From the NCBI GenBank assembly GCA_023261685.1, contig JAHFOM010000001.1:1-42510 (forward strand): a DNA stretch of 42,510 nucleotides, in the 5' to 3' direction. This DNA is from Candidatus Moraniibacteriota bacterium. GTDB lineage: Bacteria > Patescibacteriota > Minisyncoccia > Moranbacterales > UBA1568. The notes under the pieces were generated by a model that worked only from the letters and a program-made list of their open reading frames with translations, had not been told where the DNA came from and did not search any database. The position numbers and the translations under genes were made by a program. This document shows, piece by piece, positions 15,708 to 23,534 of this stretch (the stretch's first letter is position 1; the number at the start of each line of letters is the position of its first letter).

Positions 15708-15943
15708 CTTACATTCCATTCTGAAGCACACCCATACTCACCTCAGTTCAGCCACCAAAAGAATTTTTTGGCTATCGTTTCACACTGTGTGAAGAAGGCC
15801 TCTCGGTTCGGAAAAATAAGCTTTTCCGCCATTGATTGGGGGCTGATGTTTCCGGTTAACCGAGAGGTCCTGATGAGTGGTGAAATGGAGACAAAAAATT
15901 ACTTTTGATGGTTGAACCATTGCACTTCAGGATAGGATGTAAG
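15708..15943. repeat. Rod-like quasi-palindromic element, copy 2
   Basis: 236 bp, homologous to 7443-7674, with both termini CTTACAT / ATGTAAG intact. The ~17-nt arm insertion lies on the opposite arm compared with copy 1. Confidence 0.85.
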
Positions 15944-15952
15944 GAGGAAACA

Positions 15953-15981
15953 TTGACTCTTGAAGAAAAATTCATTAGAAT
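15953..15981 (+). promoter_or_regulatory. sigma70-type promoter TTGACT-N17-TAGAAT for tRNA-Lys
   Basis: TTGACT lies at 15953-15958 and TAGAAT at 15976-15981, with a 17-nt spacer. The -35 lies exactly 9 bp beyond the right end (15943) of repeat copy 2. Confidence 0.75.
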
Positions 15982-16019
15982 ACGCACTGTTATCCGTTCT
16001 CTCGGATAATGCAAGATAT

Positions 16020-16092
16020 GGGTCGTTAGCTCAGTTGGTAGAGCAGTGGCCTTTTAAGCCAACGGTCGCAGGTTCGAATCCTGCACGACCCA
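16020..16092 (+). tRNA. tRNA-Lys (anticodon UUU)
   Basis: I folded the cloverleaf by hand. The acceptor stem is GGGTCGT/ACGACCC, the D arm GCTC..GAGC, the anticodon loop CTTTTAA and the T arm GCAGG TTCGAAT CCTGC. The discriminator is A and no CCA is encoded. Confidence 0.95.
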
Positions 16093-16106
16093 CACAAAAC
16101 TGAAAG

Positions 16107-16133
16107 ACTCCCCAGAAGGGAGTTTTTTGTTTT
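16107..16133 (+). terminator. Rho-independent terminator after tRNA-Lys
   Basis: Stem ACTCCC pairs with GGGAGT around the loop CAGAA, followed by TTTTTTGTTTT. Confidence 0.85.
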
Positions 16134-16174
16134 ATGCTATACTGTGACCAAGCAACAAAAGAAGGAGTAGAGAA

Positions 16175-16273
16175 ATGCCACACAATCCTTTTGATAACTG
16201 GCTGGGGAAAAATCGGGAACTCTTTATCGATGGCTACTTTGCAAACCGCATGGCAAAGGGCGACCCCCCCTGA
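16175..16273 (+). CDS. Possible 32-aa small protein (MPHNPFDNWLGKNRELFIDGYFANRMAKGDPP)
   Basis: This ORF is below the ORF-track size cutoff. AAGGAG lies 7 nt upstream of the ATG at 16175. There is no other support. Confidence 0.3.
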   Translation: MPHNPFDNWLGKNRELFIDGYFANRMAKGDPP

Positions 16274-16423
16274 CAACCGCGAACCACTGAGTCCCCTGCC
16301 AGACATACCTGCCGGAACAAGTATGCGGGTAGAGACGGGATTCCTCGCCGCCCTCCGCGCCGAGGAATAAAAAAGCTTCAAAAGAAATGAAGCATAAATA
16401 CTGCTGAGCAAACGCTCACACAC

Positions 16424-16457
16424 TCGCCCCGACATTGCATCGGGGCGAAAATTTTTT
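16424..16457 (+). terminator. Hairpin plus T-tract between the small ORF region and the serS 3' end
   Basis: Stem TCGCCCCGA pairs with TCGGGGCGA around the loop CATTGCA, followed by AAAATTTTTT. Confidence 0.55.
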
Positions 16458-16459
16458 CT

Positions 16460-17800
16460 CTATATGACAAGTTTTTCTTTCGGAAAACCAATCAGATCTT
16501 TCCCGACGAATGGGCGCAGGACTTCCGGTACGACCACGCTGCCATCGGCTTGCTGATAATTCTCAAGAATGGCGATGAAAATGCGCGGGCTCGGAAGCGC
16601 GGTATTGTTGAGCATATAGGCATAGTGCTTTTCCCCTGTCTTGGCATCTTTGTATTTCACGTTGAGACGGCGCGATTGCCAGTCGAGAAAATTGGAAGCC
16701 GAGCCAGTTTCGCCATAGCGGTTCATCCCCGGCATCCACGCCTCCAGATCGAACGCCCGGTACTTGCCCGCGCTCATATCCCCCGTGCAGATCTGCAGTT
16801 TGCGATAGGGAAGCCCGAGCTCGCGATGCATTGTTTCAGAGACTGCCAGCATTTCTTCTTGCAGTTTGTTTGCCCCGTCAATATCCGCCGGCGCGATGAT
16901 CACCTGCTCAACTTTCATAAATTCGTGAACGCGGTAGAGCCCTTTGGTATCCTTGCCGTACGAACCGATTTCACTGCGGTAACACGGACTGAAACCGGCC
17001 AGTTTCAACGGCAGATTCTTCTCTTCCAATACTTCTCCCGCATAATATGCGAGTAATGCCGGCTCCGATGTCCCGGCAAGAAATTTCGCCTCTTTGGAAG
17101 CACTGCCATCCGGATTTTTTTCCGCTGTAGCGACCTGATAGATTTCATCGGTTGCACCGTCATATTCCGCTCCCTTGAAATACCCGCTCCCGAATAACGG
17201 GAAGCTTTTCAAGAGCGTGGGCGGAAGCATCAATGTATAGCCCGCTGCCACCATTTTCTGCATCGCATAGAACATCACCCCCATCATCAAAAGCGCCCCG
17301 TCGTTTTTGACATAGTACCCGCGATAGCCGGCTACCTTGGCACCGCGCTCCAGATCAAGGATGTCCAACATTGCGCCGAGCTCGATGTGTGTCCGCGGGG
17401 CAAATGCAAATTGCGGTACCGCTCCGGAATTGAATACCTCGACATTATCCGCCTCATTTTTTCCGAGCGGCGTATCCGGCGACACAATGTTCGGCACCTG
17501 TGCCATCAATAGGTCGTATTCACGCTTCACCGCCGTGAGGAGAGGTTCTTGCTCATCGAGCTTTGTTTTGATTTCCTTCCCCTTGGCGATAATTTCCGCG
17601 CGTTCTTCATCCGTCTTCGCAGTCTGAATGAGATCATTGATGTCGTTTTTGAGCGATTTGAGCTCTTCAATCTCCTGAAGTAAAGCGATGCGCTCCTGAT
17701 CCTTGGCGAGCAATGCCTCCACATCAAAACCCAATCCCTTATCGGTAGCGACCTTGGCTATCACCTCTTTATTGTCTCGGATGAATTGAATATCAAGCAT
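16460..17800 (-). CDS. serS: Serine--tRNA ligase
   Basis: 446 aa. N-terminal coiled-coil arm beginning MLDIQFIRDNKE. Class II motifs include AGYRGYYVK and CYRSEIGSYGKDTKGLYRVHEF. Confidence 0.95.
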   Translation of the reverse strand: MLDIQFIRDNKEVIAKVATDKGLGFDVEALLAKDQERIALLQEIEELKSLKNDINDLIQTAKTDEERAEIIAKGKEIKTKLDEQEPLLTAVKREYDLLMAQVPNIVSPDTPLGKNEADNVEVFNSGAVPQFAFAPRTHIELGAMLDILDLERGAKVAGYRGYYVKNDGALLMMGVMFYAMQKMVAAGYTLMLPPTLLKSFPLFGSGYFKGAEYDGATDEIYQVATAEKNPDGSASKEAKFLAGTSEPALLAYYAGEVLEEKNLPLKLAGFSPCYRSEIGSYGKDTKGLYRVHEFMKVEQVIIAPADIDGANKLQEEMLAVSETMHRELGLPYRKLQICTGDMSAGKYRAFDLEAWMPGMNRYGETGSASNFLDWQSRRLNVKYKDAKTGEKHYAYMLNNTALPSPRIFIAILENYQQADGSVVVPEVLRPFVGKDLIGFPKEKLVI

Positions 17801-17845
17801 AGGTTGTGCTAAAGAATCAGAAATTATAAATCAAGAATCATGATG

Positions 17846-17919
17846 TGGTCGCTGGTGGATTCGAACCACCGACCCCAGCAATGTGAATGCTGTACTCTAA
17901 CCAGCTGAGCTAAGCGACC
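17846..17919 (-). tRNA. tRNA-Val (anticodon CAC)
   Basis: The reverse complement is GGTCGCT TA GCTC AGCTGGTTA GAGT A CAGCA TTCACAT TGCTG GGGTC GGTGG TTCGAAT CCACC AGCGACC A. It folds as a clean cloverleaf with no encoded CCA. Confidence 0.95.
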
Positions 17920-17949
17920 TTATTTTTTCTTTTCTTGATTCCTCATTCA

Positions 17950-19425
17950 CTATTCACTTTTCTCCTTCATCGGTGGGAAAATGACCGTTTCACGGATGGA
18001 GCGGTTCATCAAAATGGCGAACAGGCGCTCGCTCATCCCGAAGCCGAATGCCGGCGGCATCCCGTATTCGAGCGCTTCCAAAAAATCTTCATCCAGCATC
18101 ATTCCTTCCTTGTCCCCAGCGGCACGCAGCCGCATCTGCTCCTCAAAACGCCGGCGCTGGTCAGCCGGGTCATTGAGCTCTGCAAATCCATTACCGAGCT
18201 CGCTTTTCACGGCGATCGGCTGGAAGCGCAACACTTTTTTCGGATGCTGCGGATCGATTTTGGCAAGCGGAGACACATCGATCGGATGCCCGACCAAGAA
18301 ACATGGCTGAACCAACTTCTGCCTGACGGTTTTTTTATAGAGCGTGTCGATCATCCGTCCTTTGCCGTAGGCTGTTTCGTACTTGATACCAAGCTCGTCC
18401 GCCTTGGCCTTGAGAACTTCGACAGACACATCCGTTTCAAGATTTATTCCCGTCTCTCTCTCGAATTCCGTGAAGTAATCCACGCGGGGAAATGGCTGAT
18501 CCCAATCAACTGTCACGCCGTCATATTCCGTGGTCATCGCATCGCCCACCACGGCTCGCACGATGTCTTTGTAGAGCTTTTCTACCAGCTCCATCCCCTG
18601 CTCCATATCCATATAGGCGGCGTAAAACTCAGTATGATCAAATTCCTGCAGATGCTCCCGATCAATGCCTTCATTACGGAACACCCGCCCGATCTCAAAC
18701 ACGCGCTCATAACCGCCGACCAGCAGCCGCTTGAGAGAAAGCTCGAGCGAAATGCGCAGATAAAAATCCTGATCCAGCGCATTGTGATGCGTCTTGAACG
18801 GCTCAGCCTCCGCGCCCCCCGGAATATGTTCGAGCACTGGCGTCTGCACTTCGAGAAATTTCTCCCGCGTCAAAAACTGACGCACCGTCTGCCAGAAAAT
18901 ATTCTTCTTCACGAACAGCTCCCGCGTTTCCGGATTCATCAGGAGATCCAGATAGCGCCGACGCAAAAGCTCTTCTTCGTCTTTCAGTCCATAGAATTCC
19001 GTCGGGATGGGGCGGAGAGACTTGCCGAGAATTTTCCAATCACTCACTTCCAACGTTCGCTCTTCCTTCTTGGTCGCAAACAATATCCCGCGCGCCTCGA
19101 CAAAATCCCCCATCTCGATCGTATCGGCAAAAAGTTTCAGCTTCTCCGCACCGAGAATATTTTCGGAGAGAAAAATCTGTATGCGGGCGCTCCCGTCTTC
19201 GATATGCACGAAGCCGATCTTGCCCATCATCCGGAGCGATCGCACCCTCCCGACCAATACGAGCGACGCACCGTTCTCTGTAAAAGCATCAAAACCATCC
19301 AGCGCCTCCTGATTGGTGTGGGTCCGCTCCGTCTTCTCCGGATAGACATCGTCAAACACCTCCGCCAAACGGCTCAGTTTCGTCTGCTTGGTGGCGATGA
19401 TGTCCTCTCGTAAATCTTCTTTCAT
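17950..19425 (-). CDS. lysS: Lysine--tRNA ligase (class II)
   Basis: 491 aa. It has an OB-fold anticodon-binding N-terminal part and the class II core motif VFRNEGIDREHLQEFDHTEFY. Confidence 0.95.
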   Translation of the reverse strand: MKEDLREDIIATKQTKLSRLAEVFDDVYPEKTERTHTNQEALDGFDAFTENGASLVLVGRVRSLRMMGKIGFVHIEDGSARIQIFLSENILGAEKLKLFADTIEMGDFVEARGILFATKKEERTLEVSDWKILGKSLRPIPTEFYGLKDEEELLRRRYLDLLMNPETRELFVKKNIFWQTVRQFLTREKFLEVQTPVLEHIPGGAEAEPFKTHHNALDQDFYLRISLELSLKRLLVGGYERVFEIGRVFRNEGIDREHLQEFDHTEFYAAYMDMEQGMELVEKLYKDIVRAVVGDAMTTEYDGVTVDWDQPFPRVDYFTEFERETGINLETDVSVEVLKAKADELGIKYETAYGKGRMIDTLYKKTVRQKLVQPCFLVGHPIDVSPLAKIDPQHPKKVLRFQPIAVKSELGNGFAELNDPADQRRRFEEQMRLRAAGDKEGMMLDEDFLEALEYGMPPAFGFGMSERLFAILMNRSIRETVIFPPMKEKSE

Positions 19426-19434
19426 ATACAGCTC

Positions 19435-19463
19435 ATTGTAGACATTTTTGCCGGAAAAGACAA
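19435..19463 (-). promoter_or_regulatory. Candidate promoter TTGTCT-N17-TACAAT, only 9 nt from the lysS ATG (would give a near-leaderless mRNA)
   Basis: The complement of 19458-19463 is TTGTCT and the complement of 19435-19440 is TACAAT. No Shine-Dalgarno sequence precedes the ATG at 19425. Confidence 0.4.
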
Positions 19464-19521
19464 TAACCGAGCCTCAGAGAGTACTCGGTCATACCGGCGA
19501 AACACCTGCTCGCTTTCAAAG

Positions 19522-19977
19522 TTAAGCGATGGAAAGAATGTCGTATTTCATCTTGCCAGCAGGAGTCGTGACCTCTACGGTGTCACCCTTCTGCTTGCCG
19601 ATGAATTCCTTGCCAAGCGGAGATTCGTTGGAAATTTTTCCAACCGCCGGATCCACTTCGTTGGAACCGACGATTTCAAAATTCATTTCTTTGCCGCTGA
19701 CTTTGACCGTCAAGCGAGAACCGATACCGACAGACGAAGAGCTCTTCTGTTTGGTGGCCACCACGGAATCCTTGAGCATCCCTTCAAGCTCGGCGATACG
19801 TGTCTCATTTTCATTCTGTTGGCGTTTGGCTTCGCTGTATTCGGCGTTCTCCGAAAGATCGCCCTGCTCTTTAGCTTCCTTGATAGCGTCAGCGATCGTC
19901 TGACGCATCTTGATTTTGCGTTCATCGAGCTCAGCGTGCAATTTTTTCAAACCCTCCTCGGTAAAAATTCTTGCCAT
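19522..19977 (-). CDS. greA: Transcription elongation factor GreA
   Basis: 151 aa. N-terminal coiled coil (EGLKKLHAELDE...AKEQGDLSENAEYSEAK) and a C-terminal FKBP-like domain (ISNESPLGKEFIGKQKGDTVEV). Confidence 0.9.
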   Translation of the reverse strand: MARIFTEEGLKKLHAELDERKIKMRQTIADAIKEAKEQGDLSENAEYSEAKRQQNENETRIAELEGMLKDSVVATKQKSSSSVGIGSRLTVKVSGKEMNFEIVGSNEVDPAVGKISNESPLGKEFIGKQKGDTVEVTTPAGKMKYDILSIA

Positions 19978-20064
19978 TACTTTGTATTTAGAAAATAAGT
20001 GTTTTTCCTGTCTTGCAACAAAAATACTCCCCCAAAGAGAAAGAAGACGTCACAAAGTTTCCCT

Positions 20065-20092
20065 ATCATAGCAGAAACATATCCGCTGTCAA
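20065..20092 (-). promoter_or_regulatory. sigma70-type promoter TTGACA-N16-TATGAT upstream of greA
   Basis: The complement of 20087-20092 is TTGACA and the complement of 20065-20070 is TATGAT. Confidence 0.6.
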
Positions 20093-20116
20093 GCACCGCT
20101 TGTCTCAGAAAATCTT

Positions 20117-22027
20117 TCATTCGTCACTCCCCAAAATTTCCGGGCGGGAAAAATACCACTCGTAAACATCTTTAGTGACCGGTACGGCATTATACCCCTC
20201 TTCTCCCTGACCCTCTACCAAGACGATCATCGCGAGACTGGGATCTTCATACGGGGCGAATGATACGAACCAGCCATGAGTCTTCTTGTCGTTGCCGAAT
20301 TGGGCGGTGCCCGTCTTGCCAGCTACCGCTACCGGCAGCGCCCGCAAGGCCTGCGCCGTCCCCTGAGAGTCCATAATGGTTGCCCGCATACCTTCGCGCG
20401 CGATTTCTAGAATGTCCGGCCGGATGAAATCTTTCCGGATGACCATCTGATCGACCACTGTCGTCTTACCATCCGCGGAGCGTATCTCTCTGACTATCCT
20501 CGGCACATACAGCGTCCCACCATTGGCGATCGCCGCGATGGAATTCAATATCTGGAGCGGTGTCGCCAAGACGAATCCCTGCCCGATCGCCGCGTGATAG
20601 TCATCGCCGATATACCAGCGCTCCCCGATCACATCCTGTTTCCACGCTGGATCAGGGATCAATCCATCCGTTTCTCCCGGCACATCGATACCGGTTTTAT
20701 TGCCATACCCGAACAGATTTTCATATTTTTTCATCCGCTCCATACCGAGACCGGGGACGCTGCCGTATCCTCCGCCGATAGAATAAAAGAACACGTCGCT
20801 CGATACCGCGATAGCGCGCCTGACGTCAGTAAAACCGTGCGTTTTCCAGTCACCAAAAAAGAAATTGCCCACACTGATCCCGCCACGGCTTTCGATTTGC
20901 GTGCTCTCGTTGATGACGCCCTCAGTAAGCGCGGCAACAGCCAGTACCGGCTTGATCGTCGATCCCGGCGGGTATTCTCCTGCCACGGCGCGATTGAAGA
21001 GCGGGAGCGCCGGATCATTAATCAACCCTTGATACGCTTCTGATGAAATGCCTTCGGCGAACAAGTTGTTATCGAAACTCGGCAGACTCACCAGCGCTCG
21101 CACAGCGCCGCTTCGGGGGTCGAGAGCGATTGCCACCGCGCGCTTCAAGTCTTTTTTTTCAAGTAATTCCTGCAGACTGTCGAATATTTTCTTCTGCAGA
21201 TCGGCATCTATATTCAGGATGAGATCGCTCCCGGGCGTCGGCTGGATACTGCCAAGCTCTTTCTTCACTTGACCGAGAGCATCCACTTCCGCCTGCTGGT
21301 ACCCACGCTTGCCGCGGAGAAATGCTTCGTAGCTTTTTTCTATCCCCTGTTTTCCGATGGCATCCGTCAAGAGATACTCCGGATGAAGCTCCAATTCTTC
21401 TTTGCGAATCTTACCCTCATATCCGAGCAAATGAGAAAAAATAAGGCTGTCCGTATAATGACGCTTGGTCGTCTTGTACAGACTGATGCCCGGCAGATCC
21501 CGGCTCCGACTCAAGAAAAGCAGCGCTTCTTCCTGACTGACGCGTTCTTTGATAATGAGCGGTTGGAGCGATGTGCGATCAAACTTCCGAAAGAGTTCGT
21601 CAAGTACGCCCGGATCCAAAACAAAGGTCGAGGAAAGCAAACGCATCATTTCTTCCTGACGAAGCTGATCTTCCGGAATATCCGCCGGAGTAAAAATAAC
21701 ATCCATACTGGGCGTATTGTATACCAATTGTTTGCCGAAACGGTCATAGATGATACCTCGTGGTGCCGGGATGACCAGGGAACGCAGACTGTTCTCTTCT
21801 GCCGTTTGCTGATATTTGGCGCCCAAAATGACATTGAGGTACGCTATACGGACAGCCAGCACGGAAAGAGCGATAACCGCCATTCCCCAAAAAGACCGGA
21901 TGACGGCGCGTCTGAGGGGCCACTCGATCTTGGCGGCATCGCTCTCGGTCACCGTCAAAACCGCGTCGTCGATTTCCATTCCGCGCTTCTCCATCGTATA
22001 TTCGTTTTTTCGGCCAAAGAAGAACAT
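20117..22027 (-). CDS. mrdA: Penicillin-binding protein 2 (elongasome peptidoglycan D,D-transpeptidase)
   Basis: 636 aa with an N-terminal TM. Transpeptidase motifs GSTIKP (SxxK), SSD (SxN-like) and KTGTA (KTG). It lies directly downstream of mreBCD. Confidence 0.9.
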   Translation of the reverse strand: MFFFGRKNEYTMEKRGMEIDDAVLTVTESDAAKIEWPLRRAVIRSFWGMAVIALSVLAVRIAYLNVILGAKYQQTAEENSLRSLVIPAPRGIIYDRFGKQLVYNTPSMDVIFTPADIPEDQLRQEEMMRLLSSTFVLDPGVLDELFRKFDRTSLQPLIIKERVSQEEALLFLSRSRDLPGISLYKTTKRHYTDSLIFSHLLGYEGKIRKEELELHPEYLLTDAIGKQGIEKSYEAFLRGKRGYQQAEVDALGQVKKELGSIQPTPGSDLILNIDADLQKKIFDSLQELLEKKDLKRAVAIALDPRSGAVRALVSLPSFDNNLFAEGISSEAYQGLINDPALPLFNRAVAGEYPPGSTIKPVLAVAALTEGVINESTQIESRGGISVGNFFFGDWKTHGFTDVRRAIAVSSDVFFYSIGGGYGSVPGLGMERMKKYENLFGYGNKTGIDVPGETDGLIPDPAWKQDVIGERWYIGDDYHAAIGQGFVLATPLQILNSIAAIANGGTLYVPRIVREIRSADGKTTVVDQMVIRKDFIRPDILEIAREGMRATIMDSQGTAQALRALPVAVAGKTGTAQFGNDKKTHGWFVSFAPYEDPSLAMIVLVEGQGEEGYNAVPVTKDVYEWYFSRPEILGSDE

Positions 22028-22036
22028 ATAAAAAAA

Positions 22037-22588
22037 TTACTTTACATTCAAAAAATCATTCCGACTCATAACGCCGACAGACTGCTCAAAGCGCCTGATG
22101 CTGGCATACGCGAGCAAAAATATCGGTAGACTGAGAGCGATGGCGAATACAATGTCCGAGAAAGAAAATACCAGCCAGAGGCCGGAAAATATTTCCTGCA
22201 AACCGAGCAGGTCATCTGAGCGGAAAAAGAGAAAATCAAACAGTCTGTAGCCGAGCGCGCCGATACCGACAAAGAGAGCGTACAGGAACATTCCCATCCC
22301 TCGGTGCTCTACCAGAAGACGGCGCGAAAGAAAACTCGTGGTGTAAGCCAGCGGAAGCGCATACAGCGTGAGGACTCCCGGCATTCCGGTCGCCACAACA
22401 TCGAACAGCATCACCAGAGGAATGATCATAAAAAGTCCCTGAGGAAAACCAGAAAGGAGCACCCAGACCACCACGCTGGCAATAAGGATGAGAGGGGCGG
22501 GTGTCGCCGGAAGCAAGATATCAAAAAATGAAAACTCAAAAAACACGATAGCAAGAATAAGCAACAAGCGGAGGAAAAATATTTTCAT
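22037..22588 (-). CDS. mreD: Rod shape-determining protein MreD (by position and topology)
   Basis: The ORF track gives 22037..22657. I prefer the start MKIFFLRLLLILAIVFF at 22588. It is a small polytopic membrane protein lying between mreC and PBP2. Confidence 0.6.
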   Translation of the reverse strand: MKIFFLRLLLILAIVFFEFSFFDILLPATPAPLILIASVVVWVLLSGFPQGLFMIIPLVMLFDVVATGMPGVLTLYALPLAYTTSFLSRRLLVEHRGMGMFLYALFVGIGALGYRLFDFLFFRSDDLLGLQEIFSGLWLVFSFSDIVFAIALSLPIFLLAYASIRRFEQSVGVMSRNDFLNVK

Positions 22589-22714
22589 ACCCAGTGGGAC
22601 AACTTCGAATAAATATAATGAGATATAACAACTTCTCTCAATCTTTTTACTTTGCACATATTTCCCATAATTATGAGGCTTTTTTTACTTTCGCAGTTGT
22701 ACCACTGGGCATAC

Positions 22715-23533
22715 TTAATAAGTGTTTTCTATAACAAAAACATAGCGCAAGCGGTCGAACCTCACCGGCGTTATGATTGAAGCCTGCTGGAAAAGACGGT
22801 CACTCGAAAAACGCGTTTCTTGCAGTGTACCGATCAGGAGGCCCTGAGGCATATCGCCCCCGAGTCCCGAGGTTACCACCGTATCACCCGCTTTCAGGGC
22901 GTCCGCCTGCAAAACCATATCGTAGAGCAATCCCAAGCCGTACTCGCCCTTGACGATACCTTTGGCATCCGTGTCCAGAGTGAGACCGTTTATCAGGCTT
23001 TCCGGATTGGACAACAGCATCACTCTGGCATTAGATGGAAACACTTCGGCCACTTTACCTACGAGCACGCCCGCATCCACGATGACCGGCATCCCTTTGT
23101 GTATCCCATCAAGCGACCCTTGATTGATAGAAATCCAGTTACCGAGACCTGATACGTCCCGACCGATGACTTCCGCCGACTTGAGCGAGAATTGATTCCT
23201 CGGCAACAATCCGAGCTCGCGACGCAACGCTTCATTCTCTTTACTCACATCGACAAACTGAGAATGTTCCACGAAAAGCCGCAAACGTTCTTTTTCCAAG
23301 CGCTCATTTTCGCTCTTCAAATCACTGATAGAAGCAAAAAAACTGAACGTATCCCGAAGCTCGAAAGCCGTCACGGAAAAAATCTTCTGCAGAGGCAGCG
23401 TCACCGTCATCACCGACGTCCGGATCGGCGTCACAAGCCACCCCGGACCATACGCGACAACTATCCATAATACCGCGAAGAGAACCGCCGCGCGGAAAAA
23501 CTTTGTCTGAATGAACTTCCTGCGTACAGCCAT
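22715..23533 (-). CDS. mreC: Rod shape-determining protein MreC
   Basis: The ORF track gives 22715..23563. I prefer the start MAVRRKF at 23533. It has an N-terminal TM, a coiled coil (ENERLEKERLRLFVEH) and a beta-barrel part (GMPVIVDAGVLVGKVAEV ... GDTVVTSGLGG). Confidence 0.85.
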   Translation of the reverse strand: MAVRRKFIQTKFFRAAVLFAVLWIVVAYGPGWLVTPIRTSVMTVTLPLQKIFSVTAFELRDTFSFFASISDLKSENERLEKERLRLFVEHSQFVDVSKENEALRRELGLLPRNQFSLKSAEVIGRDVSGLGNWISINQGSLDGIHKGMPVIVDAGVLVGKVAEVFPSNARVMLLSNPESLINGLTLDTDAKGIVKGEYGLGLLYDMVLQADALKAGDTVVTSGLGGDMPQGLLIGTLQETRFSSDRLFQQASIITPVRFDRLRYVFVIENTY

Positions 23534-23534
23534 A

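Noticed and set aside
15838-15848. A GGGGGCTGATG string resembling the 5' end of tmRNA.
   Set aside because: There is no tRNA-like 3' end (no TTCGA loop or acceptor pairing) and no tag reading frame. Copy 1 has GGGGGCGACTT at the same place, so the resemblance is not conserved.
16031-16435. A 134-aa minus-strand ORF and the 78-aa plus-strand ORF 16134..16370.
   Set aside because: The minus-strand ORF overlaps tRNA-Lys antisense and crosses its terminator. The plus-strand ORF starts inside the terminator T-tract without an RBS.
17935-19413. A 492-aa plus-strand ORF, the second-longest plus-strand ORF in the track after 1169..3277.
   Set aside because: It is exactly antisense to lysS, whose class II synthetase motifs are unmistakable. 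The plus-strand product is R/H/L/F/Q-rich low-complexity sequence with no motif, RBS or promoter. It is a shadow ORF.
21269-22129. A 286-aa plus-strand ORF. Similar long antisense ORFs occur at 8176..8949, 23609..24202, 27979..28791, 33769..34539 and 41594..42187.
   Set aside because: Each lies fully inside, and antisense to, a minus-strand gene with strong family motifs (PBP2, LysM protein, MreB, ABC exporter, histidine kinase, hydrolase). None has translation signals of its own.
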